Counted from the stretch's first letter, positions 1 through 13,180 are shown. The stretch: 64,000 nucleotides of DNA from Guillardia theta CCMP2712 (GCF_000315625.1 NW_005434651.1:416045-480044); one strand, 5' to 3'. Numbers and translations are program-made. Notes: generated by a model not told the origin, from the letters alone.

Positions 1-1251
1 CGAATGTGATCAATCAAGTGCATCTCAAACATTTCTGGGTTACCTTGAGGGCAGCAGCCTTCTTAATTGCCGAAGCTTCGTTCATGTCCTTGGTGTCTAT
101 TAGATTCTTCCACTCGCACTCCTCAACTCACCAGGAGCGCTGCATTTCGATGTGCGGTCTCCCTCTCACGAAGGCGTTGGATCCTCTTTGCCAGTTCACT
201 GGCGATCACCTGCTCCTTGTTGGGTCCTTGTACCTGTGAGGTTTCAACCATGGATTGAGGCAGGCAGGAGGGAGGAAGAGATCAAGACCTGCAAGGAGCG
301 TTGCTGTGCCTGCTTGGCTTGAGACTTGGGTCTCGAAGTAGCGCTTGAGATCCCTTCATTGCTGCTAGTCTCGGAGAGCGAAGGTGTTGATTCAAACAAA
401 TCGATTTTGTGTAGAATTCCATGGAAGACGCTCTCTAGCGCGTTTCGCACCTCTGGATTTACCTGGAGCTGATCTGTAAGCCTAAAAGCAAAATTGCAAG
501 ACAGAAGAACGGACATTGCGCCGAACATGTCCGCTCTCGCTTGCCTGTCTGGACGCCACCGCACCTGTCGGGGGGTCAAAATACCGTGTACATGTTCATT
601 CTCGTTGAGACTGACCCTTCTTCGCAAAGCTTCCATGTTCGTCATTGTGTCTGTACATGATGTCATGACCGCACACCACAAGCTCCACGGCATTCTTCAC
701 CTGGCATTGCCGGCCTTGGACTGCAGGTTCTCATGCGCAACTCGTCGTTTGTCGAGGTGTAAATATTGAGCGAGCTGGCGCATCTTCATGTCCTGATTCA
801 CTCCTGCAAGAAATCCTCGTTCATCACGTGTCTGCTCAGATGCCTCGGATTGAGTTCGCTGGGCTGCTGCCACAATCGCAGCCTGAAGGAACCTTATGAG
901 GTCAACATACGTGGACGAATTTGCTACCTTGGTGGCTGCAAGCTCCGCCGCCGCAATAATGCTACTCGAGCTTGCATCAGGTCTGGCAGCTAGGAGTGAC
1001 ATCTCTTGGTGTATCGTTTCCCCGAGCTGTTTCGCCGCTTCCTCCTCGCTCGTGGCGTCTTGCCGCATCCGTCCAACATCGCCATTTGACAAGAACCCTC
1101 TTGTGAGAGCTGCTGTTGACGCGGAAGCAAGACGAGTGACGAGGAGAGATGACGGTGACTGGAGACTCGACAGCATGACACACAGGACGAGAGCTCCTGC
1201 TGCCATCCCTGCCGCTCCTTCCCGCCACCTCCGCTCTCCCCCTCCTGCCAT
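1..1251 (-). CDS. Hypothetical multi-exon protein with N-terminal hydrophobic segment and coiled-coil-like region; runs off the window start
   Basis: ORFs 697..1251 and 244..693 join across a GT-AG intron at about 651-700; further exons lie within 1-240; hydrophobic stretch ALVLCVMLSSL. Confidence 0.55.
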
Positions 1252-1284
1252 ATTTGCCGGAATTAGGCAGGCAGAGCCGAGCCG

Positions 1285-1329
1285 CCGTTAAACCGTTACA
1301 AGACAAGAGCATGCCGTTACAGACCGTTG
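1285..1329. promoter_or_regulatory. Four CCGTTR (YAACGG, Myb/MSA-like) motifs in a short bidirectional promoter
   Basis: CCGTTA at 1285, 1293 and 1314 and CCGTTG at 1324, between divergent ATGs at 1251 (-) and 1387 (+). Confidence 0.45.
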
Positions 1330-1386
1330 AGTCAGATGACTGATGATTGAAAGGTACAGACTTGTTTTTTTACTAATTTAACCAAA

Positions 1387-4300
1387 ATGGCGGCGTTAAA
1401 CGCGGCAATGCCGGTGCGGAGGGTGCTGGTGATGAGGAGGCGGGAAGAAGGTGAGGGAGGGGAGGGCGAGGGCGAGGGCGAGGGCGAGGGCGAGGAGAAG
1501 TTCTCCTTGGAGGGAAGCAGACGGAAACGTAAGACGGAAGCTCTGCGAGCTGTCCAGGAAGCTTATCAGCGAGCGCTCTTGCGGAGAGCGAAGGACCATG
1601 GGGCAACGATAGTGGACGAGGCAAGTGCCGCCGAACAGGAGCAAGGACAAGAGGAAGAGAAGAAGCGAGAGGAAAGGTTTGCTGTAGGGCAGAGCAAAAG
1701 CTCCAAGCAGCTCAGGCAGCAGATCCATGACCTTGTCAAGAAGAAGCAAGAGTTGGAGCATGCCGACCCGCCAGCCGCGGCCCTGGCAAATTCACTCAAG
1801 GTGAAGTAGACTGAAGGACACCTCTCCTGTCTCTTGCATTCATGGTGTGATGCTGATGATTCGCGCAGCCCTCGATGCCAAACAAGTCGATGCTCGCGCT
1901 CTCTCGTCGCCACAACTTCTCGTCTCCAAGGACAAGAGTACGAGCTTTCTCCTTCCTCCCTCTCCTCACAACTCGACTTTCGCAGGCTGCCATAGAGCAA
2001 GCTCATGCCTTTCGACCCCTTGCAAACTTGCCGATCGACAGTCTTGACAGCTTATCTGCTCTCGAAGCCTCTGCTCATGACTCGCTTCTCGACGTCAACG
2101 ACCGTTCACACGATCTTCTCTGGATCAAGTCTCCCTCCAATACCTCTGTCCTCGCCTGCCGCTCCTCTGCTGTGACTCCGAGGTCACTTGTCTACCTCCG
2201 TTGAGATGCGATCTCTGACCAGCCTCTAGGAGGAAGGCGATTCGCAGCTTCCAGACCAAGCAATCTGCCTCAAGGCAAGTCTTACGTCTCCTGCTGTGAT
2301 CTGAGCTGAGCTGGTAGGGTGCTGGAGAGCATGGAAAGAATCTCGGGGTTCAGCCTCCACCGTCTTTTTCTGCTTTGGGTGCGTAGAAAGAGGATGCTTC
2401 CTTGCTCTAACAGCTCTCGCAGGTGAAAGAGACGAGGAGGAGGAGGACGGCGAGTCGTCCGGGGATAGGGACATCGCTGAAGGAGGCTATCTCTCTTGTG
2501 CGAGAACATGTCCTCTTGTCTGGTTCTAATTGCCATCAGCTGAAGGAAAGATTTCGCTTCATCTTTGAAAACTCTGCAGAGGTTTGCTCCCTCCTCCTGA
2601 TAAGCTCTGTAAGACAATCAAACTGCATGTCAGGCCTTCATCTTCATGGATGTCAACGGATCAGGCGACATTTCTGTGGTGCAAACAGCTCTTGACCCTG
2701 ACCATGATCGATCCCCGCCTCTGAGCCTTTCCTCTGAGCCTTTTTGACAGAAAGAAATGCAACGAGGTCTATACCGCATGAATCTCCACGAGGTCAATTC
2801 TTCCTTTGCTGTCGCTTCCCCTTTCCTCTCTTAGTCTGCCACCTCCTACTAGATCTGGCGATGCAAGGATCCAACGTGCGTGAAGTACAACTGCCCCTTT
2901 TCTTTCGCTCCCAACCAGGAGTTGTTCCACTCCTACCTCATCCTCGACAGCACCATGACTGCTGTGAGTCTCGAACACAAAGTTGTTTCCCTGTTGATGA
3001 GCTGCTGGCAGGAAATCATCAACACAGTCGATAAAGGATGTGCAGACCGATCGGTAAGAGCGGCGGCGGAAGGGAGAGGGTGACTGAATCACTGTAAGCT
3101 TGACTCGAAAGAGTTTATCTACTTCTTCCGATTCAGAGAGCAAGAGGAGGACGACGACGAGAGCAGGAGCACGACGAAACAAGAGTAGAGGAGATGGAGG
3201 CGTATCCCTTCTTCCCATTGATTGTGCCCAGGGAGAAGCTCCGAGAAGAAAAGGAGTACTCCATCGCATGGCGGACGAGGTGATTGAAGTGATCATGACG
3301 ATCTGTCTCCTGATTCCTCGGATGTCAACTTGCTCTTTGTCTCAGAGATCGTGTGATTGCCAAAGGAAGGAACTTCGGGACAATCGAAGACTGGAGAAGG
3401 CATGCACGTGCCAAGGTGACCGTCTCCTCTTCCTCCCTCCTCCCTCCTCCTCCTCTTCCTCCCACTTTCTCCTCTGTCCTTCCTCTCATCTCTCATCTAA
3501 TCCAATGGTATTTCTCTTCTCGTTCTGCTTCTGTAACCGCCGAATGCGAGCAGGCGGGCTTGGCAAAGAGGGAGCTTTACTCGCTCACCATCGACTTGAA
3601 GCACAAGCTGCGTATCAGGTCTTGCTGTTGTCATCTTCTCTCCTTTGGCTACCTTCCCGTTCCCTGTTCCTACTTCTCTGTCTTGTGGTGGTTCTCGCTA
3701 TCTGAGAGTCATCAGGGAGGAGCGGTACAAGCTGCTCAAACAGGTTTCTGCTCTCGTTTCCTCTTGTTCCGCATGCATGCCTGCGCGCCCTCTCACTCCA
3801 TGGCAGGAGACCAAGGCAGAGAGGAGAGAACGCTTGTCTGAGGTTCGCTGATGATCTACGTCAACAAGCCACTAACTCTTTGGCAGGACCTTGAGGAGGC
3901 GATGCAGGTGACGTCAGCATGCTGGGGAGGAGGAGACAGTCACTGGGCGGCAGCGGGTGCGGAGGTGTCAGCGGGATCTCCTGGACGTGTTGCAGGACAG
4001 CGGGCTTTTCCTCGTGCTCCCGCGAATTATGAAGGAATATTTCAACTTGGATGTAGAGGTTCGAATCCTCCCCTTCCTCTTCCCCTCTCCCTCTCGACTT
4101 CCATCCTATCTGCTCGATCGTCTTCGTGAGGGTCAAGGAAGAAGACGAGGACACGGGGGGGCAGGAGAAGGCAGGGCCCATCTCACTACGGGCCCGCAGG
4201 AGCTGCAAGACGACTGTGAGAACATCGAAACCGTGCTGAATGCTGTGATGCACAAACTTGAGGAGGTGAGCATGTTCCTTTCCCTCCCCTCGCCTCCGTC

Positions 4301-5263
4301 TCCTCCTTCCTCCATCCCGCAGACCTCCTTTTCCTCCCGCCTGACGTCCTTGCTTTCAGCTGGACGACGATCAGAGAAAGATTTTGCTGCTAGAAGACTA
4401 CAAGATGGCGCATCGGAAGTATCCTGCCAAGGTAAAGATCAATGAAAGCAGCGCCTGGTATGGAGGAGCAGATGAATGAGAATCCGACCAGGCACGCGAT
4501 CCTTCATCGGAGGTGGAGACAAGCTTGAGGGAACTTGAGTTCGACGTGCAGGTTCCTGCTCTTACTGAGGAGGAGGAGAAGAGGAATAACTTGCTGAGGC
4601 AGGAGGAGCATGGCGATGACGACATGATCGAAGTAAGGAGGAGGCCCTGGAATGATTTCGACGGTCGTGAGCAGATGGTTTCAGATTTTTGGAGATGTTC
4701 ACCTGCAGCAGAAGAGCCTAGGGAGATATCGTCGCCTTCCCATGTCCCATTACAACAAGTACGATCTCCTCCTACCTTCTTTCCCTTCTCCTTTTCTACC
4801 CATCCTCTGCCTTCATTTCTCCTGCTCTCTCCTGGTCTTCGTTGACACATCTCTCAGACCCGTCTTCCAGCAAGAGGCGGTTGCAGACGCCTCCTACCTC
4901 TTCTTCTCGTGATCGCCATCTCCTGCCTCCTCCTCTTCCCCTCATCTCTTCCTGCAGGAGGCTGCAGTATGACTTCTCAGTCCAGCCCCGCCATGAAGGG
5001 CGCAAGCTCTCGCTCAGGGACAGGGAGCGTGTAAGAAGCGAGCCAGGCGCTGGCGTGTGGGTGATAGCACAGCAAGTTGGAATTTCCTCGGAGGGATGGC
5101 AGCTAGCTGCCCTGTCAGTATTCCCCCCTTTCCTGCCTCCCCGTCCTGACTCGCAATCCTTAGGGAAGAAGTCTCTTCTCCTGCACTGCTGGGCTCAAAG
5201 TGGCTTGAGCTCGATCGAGGTCAACTGTCTCCCTCCTCCTCGCCCTCCTCGTCCTCCTCGTTC

Positions 5264-5297
<34 letters not shown>

Positions 5298-5871
5298 TCT
5301 TCCTCCTCCTCCTCCTCCTCTTGCTGCTTGTCGATTCACTGATGATTCTGTAGGATTCGGTCGTCATGCAGACGTCAAGGTCAGTCTTCTCCTTGCATCT
5401 CCTCGCACACTCAGCGTGTTCTCAGGTCTTGTCATTCTCTCAGATCAACCGCAGGTGCCCTCCTCCTCTTCCCCCTCCTCCTCCTTCCCCGCTCCCCCTT
5501 CCCTTCCTCCCCCTTCTCCTCCTCCCCCTCCTCTTTCCTCTCTCATCCTTTACACTCTTAAGCCTCCTCGCTCTCTCTCGCTCTCTCGCTTCCTCCTTCC
5601 TGACTGAACCCTAGGGATGCCATTGCTCAGTTGTGCTCCGAGCTCAGCGGCCCATCGGAAGAGCAGCAGGACGACAGTCACTTGCGACTTGACTTGGCGT
5701 ATCGGCTGCCAGCGACGTATGCTGATCTGACGGAGGAGGAAGTGCGAAGGCCGTGGCTCAGGTGCTGAGACTGATAATCTCATGGACAGAAACAAGCGGT
5801 CAACGCCGTGCTCGGGCACACGAACCTGGCGTGAGGACGAGAGGGAGGATGAGGATGAGGATGACAACTGA
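1387..5871 (+). CDS. Large intron-rich protein with an EF-hand pair and coiled coils; 3' end approximate
   Basis: A chain of short exons between ~50 nt introns from ATG 1387; EF-hand-like AFIFMDVNGSGDIS near 2634-2676 and a second degenerate loop VDKGCADRS/LDSKEF near 3028-3117. Confidence 0.5.
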
Positions 5872-6123
5872 CAAGGCGGCAGGCGAGAGGAGCGATTCAT
5901 CGACGGGATTGAAGGTGAGGGAGGAGCAAACAGAACTAGTTGGCACTAGCAGGAGTCGGCTAGGAGCCGTGCCAGCCCAAGGTCAACCGGCTCGGAAGTC
6001 ACCACTGACCGTCAGTAGGAAGTTGGACAAGGGTGGGCTGTCTAGCAGTAGGAGGAGAAGAGAGTAGGACAGGAGGGGGAGGAACAGATGGACCGTCGGC
6101 TAGGTGGAGCCTTGGAGGGACTG

Positions 6124-6355
6124 GGAGGAGGAGGAGGGGCTAGGAGGCCCCCGAGGAGAGACTAGGCCCAGAGAAGTAGGAGGAGGAGGGACTGAGAGGA
6201 GGGACTAGGAGAGGAGGGGCTAGGAGGAGGAGGGGCTAGGAGGAGGAGGGGCTAGGAGGAGGAGGGGCTAGGAGGAGGAGGGGCTAGGAGGAGGAGGGGC
6301 TAGGAGGAGGAGGGACTAGGAGGAGGAGGGACTAGGAGGAGGAGGGGCTAGGAGG
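6124..6355. repeat. 16-bp minisatellite TAGGAGGAGGAGGG(G/A)C, about 8 clean units plus degenerate upstream copies
   Basis: Units start at 6221, 6237, 6253, 6269, 6285, 6301, 6317 and 6333. Confidence 0.9.
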
Positions 6356-6498
6356 ATGACTCTGACGCAGAAAGTCTCCGGTCGCTCTTCAAGCAGATCA
6401 ACAAGGACTACGACAGACCTGAGAGTCGGGCCTCGGACTCGAACTTGTAAAACTAAAAAAGAACCCTGTAAAATAAAAAAAGAGCAAATTCTCCCGCC

Positions 6499-8503
6499 AT
6501 GGCAGATCCCACGACGATGCGAATGTTGATGAGACCGCGAGGTAGAGGGAGGGGAGAGGCGATGGAAGGAGAAAGTGGGGGGGGAGGAGAAGGAAGCGCA
6601 GGGATGCTGGAAGGCAAGGGACACGCACAGGACGAAGTCGTCACTCTCATGCCCTTCCTCACGCTCGAACCTTCACGGGAAAGCAGCGTGACTGCAGGAT
6701 GCTGTCTGGAGTTTGTTGGGGTGTCGCCAGATGCCAGCGCTTCTTTGGTGCTGTTGAACACGCAGAGTGGAGAGTCCTTGCGCATCAGCACATGGCGAAA
6801 AGACCATGACAGGTACCGTGTGACAGTGGATAAGGTCGACAAAAATGGGAGCGCAGCAATCCTTGTGGACCATGTGAGGGCGTGATGCTGCGGTTCCGTG
6901 CAGGGTCGTGTTCTGACATTGGTCTACCAGGATGTGAAGGCCTTCAGAGAGATTGTTGATGAGCACCGTCTGCAAGTGAGGCCTGAGTTTGAGATCGCAC
7001 GTAAGTCCTGTTATATGTAGACACGGTCAGGAGCTTATAATCTTTCAGCGAACAATCATGTGGTAGCCCTGCTTGACACGTAAGACACATATCATGACTG
7101 GTTCTTCAACACCATCTGATCTCCTCTTCCCCCGTGCTCTCTTCAAATCTGTTATGGTCCCTCACTCCTTAGATCCAGGGGAGTCTGCCAGCGAGTACTT
7201 CTTCGATTCGACCAGGAGGACTTTTGCGCGAGGTGATCCCCTTGGCCCGACCATTTCAATCTGACGCCTCATCGAAGTGAACTTGGAGTCTCTTGCTGCA
7301 TGTCTCCCAACTCTCAGGCCGAGATCGTCGTCAGGGACTGCGGACGCTCGTCGATCCCAGCAGAACGCATGCAGGTAGTGGAAAATACTCTTTCCTTCCT
7401 CCTCTCACGTTTGCAGCTGGTGGGCTCTCAGCCCTCAACGCAAGTTCAAGGGTTCTCAGATGCTTCTGGATGGACGCTCTCTGAAGAGCTCTCTGAAGAG
7501 GAGCGACGGTGCTGTGAAACTCGGCTGCCATGCTCTCATTCTTCAGCGCAGGAGCATCATGGAGATGTTAGGAAGTGCAGTGCACAGCGCTCAGGGCAGC
7601 ACATCACTTTATGAGGTGCTCAACGAGGAGGAGGATGAAGAGCAGCAGGTGCAGGTCAATCAGGATGACGTGGTGATGACTGTTTGATCCTTCCTGTGGG
7701 TCGATCGCATGACTGGATGTTGTAGGAGGCAACGGTGAGGAAGGAGATTGAAGAGCTACACTCTTTCTTCGCTCAGGTGGGCAGGCCTGCCCTTGTGGTT
7801 ACCCTCACACCCTTGCAGTGGCTGAACGGGCTTGTCCCGATGACCGAAGAAGCCTTCTCAAGATTTCCAAGTGTGCTGGCCACGGACTTCAGCATCGTGT
7901 CCTCTGATGGGTCGACCCGACCTTTCCACTCCTCACCGTAACCACTCCACAGGTCACTTCACTCGAGAGAAGGTGCCCTCAAGATGATGTATGAGGCTCA
8001 TGCCTGCATGGGCGGATCAGCGAGTCCGATTGATATCTCCGTTCGCAACGTCAGGCTGCTTCAGGTTGTTTGCCCAGAGTTTACCTGTGCTGTCAAGTGA
8101 CTATGAGCTGGCAAGACGTTGCAAGGGAAAGAGGGGAACTCAATGATCGTTGCGTACGAGGAGATTCAAACTGTAGGCAGCGCGTACCACATTCGCCAAT
8201 CGACCGTGAGCTGCAGCTGCCTCCTGCTATCTCGCGTCTTCTGAAAACAAAGAGCAGGCGGTGCTGGAACAGACCAGGAAGAGTTCTTGTCCAAATGGAC
8301 TCTGCTGGCGTCATACCCATGAGACCATGGTACAGGCAAAAGAACCCAAGGAGGTCAACCCTGACCTTCCAGAGGGTAGCGAGGGGGCGGCCAAGGGCCT
8401 CAGCTCTGAGGAGATTGGCGTACTCAATGCGTTCGAGCGAGCTCTGCAGGAGAAGATTGAGCAGTCGGTGCTCGACGCAGTTGACAAAATGATGCAAGAA
8501 TAG
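6499..8503 (+). CDS. Multi-exon protein with a C-terminal NTF2/SnoaL-like (DUF4440 / sucrose-phosphatase C-terminal-like) domain
   Basis: Spliced C-terminus KEIEELHSFFAQWLNG...FSRFPSVLATDFSIVSSDG...IVAYEEIQ...RQST...PNGLCWRHTHET matches this family's pattern as recalled. Confidence 0.6.
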
Positions 8504-8509
8504 CTCGAT

Positions 8510-8860
8510 ACGTGCTCATGACTGCAGTGCCGCGTTTCCTCGAATCATTTCAGTCGTACTGTCAGTGTACGACGGTCCGGCGTAGTACCGATCACCGTAA
8601 CTGCCTCGCCGCCGTTGACTCGGAGGCTCCCGGAGCCTGAGTGGCGACTGCCAGCAGTGATCCCCGGGCTCCGACATGGCACCGTGCCGCCGACACACTG
8701 GCTTACTACTCAGTGTCGGACTGTCTCCGGAATCATGGCTCCGGGAGGCGGCCGACGGCCTGGCGACCGCGCGACCGTCCGGTGGCCGGCGCGGGCCCGG
8801 CCCCGCGGCCCGGCCGCGGATGACGGTCCGAATCACCGTGGCGTGACTGCTAGCTAGTAG
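8510..8860. repeat. GC-rich palindrome island A
   Basis: Dense CCGG/GGCC/GTAC words; hairpin AGGCTCC-C-GGAGCCT at 8624-8638; words shared with the other islands. Confidence 0.75.
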
Positions 8861-10022
8861 TTGTGTTCAGCTTCTTTGATGATCGATGAAATTTGAAAAG
8901 TACCCACATTTTTCAAAATATTCTTTAATAGTTGAAACCTAGGGCAAAGGATTCTTGAAATTTCTGGCCAAGTCAAGCACACAAGGACCAGGAGGAGGCC
9001 GTCACTGCTACCACCGGTACCTTCATCTGAGTTTCTTGGGGTCATCTTGGAGGTCCATCGAAGGGGTGGTTGATAGATCCACAGATGGTGGGGGTGTTCA
9101 TGGAAGGGTCACATGATTATTCCATACGTAAGTAAAGGGGTGCACTATCCTTGGGGTGGGTCCAGGTTGAGATTGTACAGGGTGGGGTACTCTAGTGGCA
9201 TTGACTTGACTGCCTGAGCATCGGAAGTGTCATTTTTGATATAGAAAAGATGGGATTTACTAGGGTAGGGTACTCCAGCTCATGTTGATGTGTACCCCTA
9301 GCCCCTCGTCTTGGGGTATAGGAATGCAGGGGGTAGTCTTACAGGGGTTATCTGAACAGTCTGATGGTAGTGAAGGTCTGGATGGGTTTTGATCATGGTA
9401 GGGGTGGTACTGTGTAGGGGTGATCATCTTTGGGTGGGGGTGGGGCGAACAAATAGGGGTGGTTGTGCAGGGGGGGGGCCGGTGGTGGATGCGGCGGGAC
9501 ATGGCACATGGCGGGAAGGAACGAATGGGAGGGGAGGGGAGGAAGAGGAAGGAGAGAGAGCAGGAGTGAAGTTCTAGGGTGTTGACATCTTCATACTTGT
9601 CAGCTCAAATGCCTCTCCTTGCTCGATGCCATCTCAAGGAGCATGCACTGGGCTACCTCGTATGTAACTTGTAGATTGCCTGAAGGGGTGTAAGGACTGA
9701 TGTGGGATGGGGTCGGTCATGCCGAGTGTGATGTGTCTCTGGATGCAATTAGAAGAGAAGTAAAGCCCGTTTTCACTTTGTCTGGCAAGTGAAGATCCCC
9801 GAGCAGGAATCAGTGAACCATTTGTTGATTTCACGTGAGCTTTCAAAGAACATACGCTCCTGAGATGGCAGCTAGTTGTGTGAGAGAGCACTTTATCCCT
9901 TATTTACAAAGGGCGGGAAGATATGTTTTGTGACCTATAATTTATCTGTGCCAGTTGTGTCATAATAGGCAAAAGTTTCTCACCATGTTGCTTGTAGGCC
10001 TTCCATCGAAGCTTCTGAACCA

Positions 10023-11914
10023 ATGATGCGCACTCTTCCTGTGCTTCTCTTGGTTGCGAATGCTGGATTTGCAGCTGCCTTTGCTCCTGCGTCCAGCATT
10101 CTCAGGGCGCCCAAGTCGTTGAGAACGCAGGGAGTCAACACTGTGCCTTCTAGACAAGCACCTTCGTTCCTCAAGGTGCGAGCAGCTGCCTCCATGCCCA
10201 TGGCTCCTGCTCTTGTGCCTGAAGGTGTGCCGTTGGAGAAGGTCAGTAACAGTGAGTTCTTCTGATCTCCTCATGGCTGATGTGCAAGACAGATCCCCGA
10301 ATGGCGTAAGAACTTGGACCTGAAAGCGTGGGCTGACGAGGTGATGGCTTGCTCATGATTCAGATTTTGAAATGACCAACATGCTGCAGGTCCGCGCGGT
10401 GGAGAAGGAATTCAGACAGAACCAGGGAGAGGAAGATGTGAAGCACATGAAGAAGATGCTCACCTGGTCGTACGTCCTGTACGCTATCGGCCTGGCTACC
10501 GCTGGGTTTGCTGTGCTTCCTTGGAACCCGATCTCTGCTCTCTGCTTGAGCACTGCTATCTGTGTTCGCTGGACCATGATTGGCCATCACGTTTGCCATG
10601 GTGGCTACAGCGCTCAGGTTTGACCATGATATGAGCCAGGATGACGAGGCTGAGTGTTTGTCTGTCAGGTTGGTGTCGACAGCCGATTCCATCGCTCCAA
10701 GTTTGCACGCGGCCCAATCAGGAGGTTCATCGATTGGTGCGACTGGATGCTTCCAGAGGTCTTGAATCGTCTCTTTCTGTGCGCTGGCTGTCGCTGAGAA
10801 CGAATCTTTGAAGGCGTGGGATGTGGAGCACAACTACATGCATCACTATGAGTTGGGAGAAGGGTCAGATCCTGATCTCTTGGAGAGGAATTCGCACAGC
10901 ATCCGTGTGTCGAATCAGCCAAAGTTCCTCAAGTATTTCCAGATGTTCGCTCTGATGGTCAGATTTCTGTGCTGCAATGGCTTTCTTACCTGCTGATGTT
11001 CTGGGTTTCAGGTCATGTGGAAGTGGTTCTATTACGCCCCCAACACTTTGAAGGAGATGTTTGCTCGCCAAAAGCTATTGGCAAGCAACAGGGGAGATAA
11101 CTCTGTCGTTCAGGTCGATTGAGAACATCCTGCTTTACTCTTGCCGTTGCTGAGATGCACGTGGACAGCCTTTCGAGCTCTCAAGGGCTCCTGGGGACTT
11201 CGGCGATGTGAGCAAGGCCGCCACGATCAAATATGTACATAGATGAATGACATTCTTGGTTTCCATCGATGACAATTTCTGTAGGTGTTTACTGAGATGT
11301 TCAAACTCAATTTTCTTCCTGCCAAAGTTGTCTTCTCCTGCTTGGCACCCTACTTCACTGCTCACTTCGTCATCACGCCCCTGATCTTCTATGCTCTGTA
11401 AGTTCTTTATTGAGATGGTTTGAAATTTGATTGACTCGCACCTCAGCTTTGGGCATGCTGTCGCCATGACTGCGTTTGCCAACCTTCTCCTTGCTGAAGT
11501 GCTCACCAACATTCACTCCTTCATCATTGTCGTTCCCAATCATGCTGGAGAAGATGTTTACAGATTCAAGACCCCCGTCAAGGTGCCTCTTCCCTGACAA
11601 TGTTAGGTGGGCTAACGGGCCGATAGGTCAAGAGCGATGAGTTCTATTTGAGAGCTGTCATCGGGTCTGTGAACTTCCGCACTGGGGGCAACGTCAACGA
11701 CTTCATGCATGGCTGGTTGAACTATCAGATTGAGCACCACATGTTTGCGGACATGTCCATGCTCTCGTACCAGCGAATGGCTCCCAAGATCAAGGAGATC
11801 TGTGACAGACATGGCGTCCCCTATGTCCAGGAGAATGTGTTCACGCGTCTGCGAAGAACCTTGCAGATTGGGGTTGGCTCTCGCTCGATGAAGGTGTGGG
11901 AGCGAGGAGATTAA
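10023..11914 (+). CDS. Plastid-targeted membrane fatty acid desaturase without a cytochrome b5 domain
   Basis: Three His boxes HHVCH, HNYMHH and QIEHH across exons; leader MMRTLPVLLLVANAGFAAA-FAP. Confidence 0.9.
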
Positions 11915-12147
11915 GAAGTGTATCGCGCCCTCACGAACATTTCTTACATTGTACTTTCATGTGGCTCATCGAGTCGAACTTTTGTTGTCAGATTTTGAGA
12001 TGTGGAAATCGGCAGCGTCCGCAAAACACTGAGATTCTTTAATAAATCTTTCCGCAGTCGGAAGGCTTCATCATTCCCATCCTAGAGACAAACAGTTGCA
12101 GCCTCCAGTGTTACGCTCGTGCCCGTGAGCTGAGCACAGAGCAGCTC

Positions 12148-13036
12148 TCATACTTTGAGCCTCAGCTTGTAGATAGATATGTTGGGACATCGATAGTGCT
12201 CATTGTGGTGTGCTAATGGGATGGTTTCACACTCGAAGTACTTTCCGATCTCCTCCAGGAACCACTCGTCCACATCTTTCCAGCGGTGCTCGTGTCCGAT
12301 GAAGACGAGGGTTTCGCGCTTGCAGGATGCCACAAGCGTCTCCACGAGCTGCTTCTGAAAGCTTACCGCATATGCCACCTCACACCCTATCACCACGTCG
12401 AAGGGGGCGCTTGACTGGAACCACTCGAAGCTCTGATGCTCTCCCCATGGCAGCTCTTCTGCCGTGCATGCGTGTTGAAGCCTGTTGATCTCTATGTTCT
12501 CTCTCAGAACCGGTACAACCTCTGCAAGCTCCGTGACGATCACGATGGCCCCCAGCATACCCAGGGTGAGGCCGCACATGCCCGTGCCAGCGCCCAACTC
12601 GAGCACCCTCTTCCCCTTCCAGAAGTCATCAGCAAAGTGCTGACGGTCTGCGAGATAGGCGGATAGCACCCTCGCACCATCCCAGACTGTGGCCTGTCAA
12701 CAATTGTTACAGGAGCAAGGCAGGGATACCATGGGAGTTCATCCACCTGATCTTCCCCGAAGTCGGAGCACTTTTGATGAATGGTAAGGGAGAGATCTGA
12801 AAGCATAAACATAAGCAAGGCAGCACAAGGTCACCAACTGCCCAATCCTTGAAGTGCACAGCAGCTGCATGATACATAAAGTGGAGTCGCAAGCCATTTG
12901 GAGCAAACACCAGAGAGATGGGAACACAGGGATCGAGACCTGGCCTTGGAGTTTCCCGTATCTCTTCCACGAATCTCTCTTGAAACCTCCTATGGTTTCG
13001 TCGCCATGCGAAGCTCTCCCCTCCAGCACTCATCAT
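12148..13036 (-). CDS. Methyltransferase-16 family (METTL21-like) protein lysine methyltransferase
   Basis: VWDGARVLSAYL, RVLELGAGTGMCGL, LPWG and FDVVIGCEVAY motifs. Confidence 0.88.
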
Positions 13037-13059
13037 GATCGCTCCCCTCCGATTCCGCC

Positions 13060-13180
13060 CCCCGCTCGCCCGGGCCAGGCTCGCCTCAGGGCCGAGAGAC
13101 TCGTCGGGCCCGGCCGGCCGCCAACAAGGGCTGAGTGACTCCCGGAGTCACCGTATGAAAAGCGAGGCGGGCCCAGGTGA
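13060..13180. repeat. GC-rich palindrome island B (short)
   Basis: CCCGGG, GGCCCGGCCGGCC and GTGACTCCCGGAGTCAC hairpin. Confidence 0.65.

Noticed and set aside
1796-3296. Minus-strand ORFs as separate genes
   Set aside because: Splice signals and the EF-hand motif support a single plus-strand gene here.
6124-6355. CRISPR-like array
   Set aside because: The units are head-to-tail with no spacers, the context is eukaryotic and there are no cas genes. The same applies to the 47-bp duplication at 36137.
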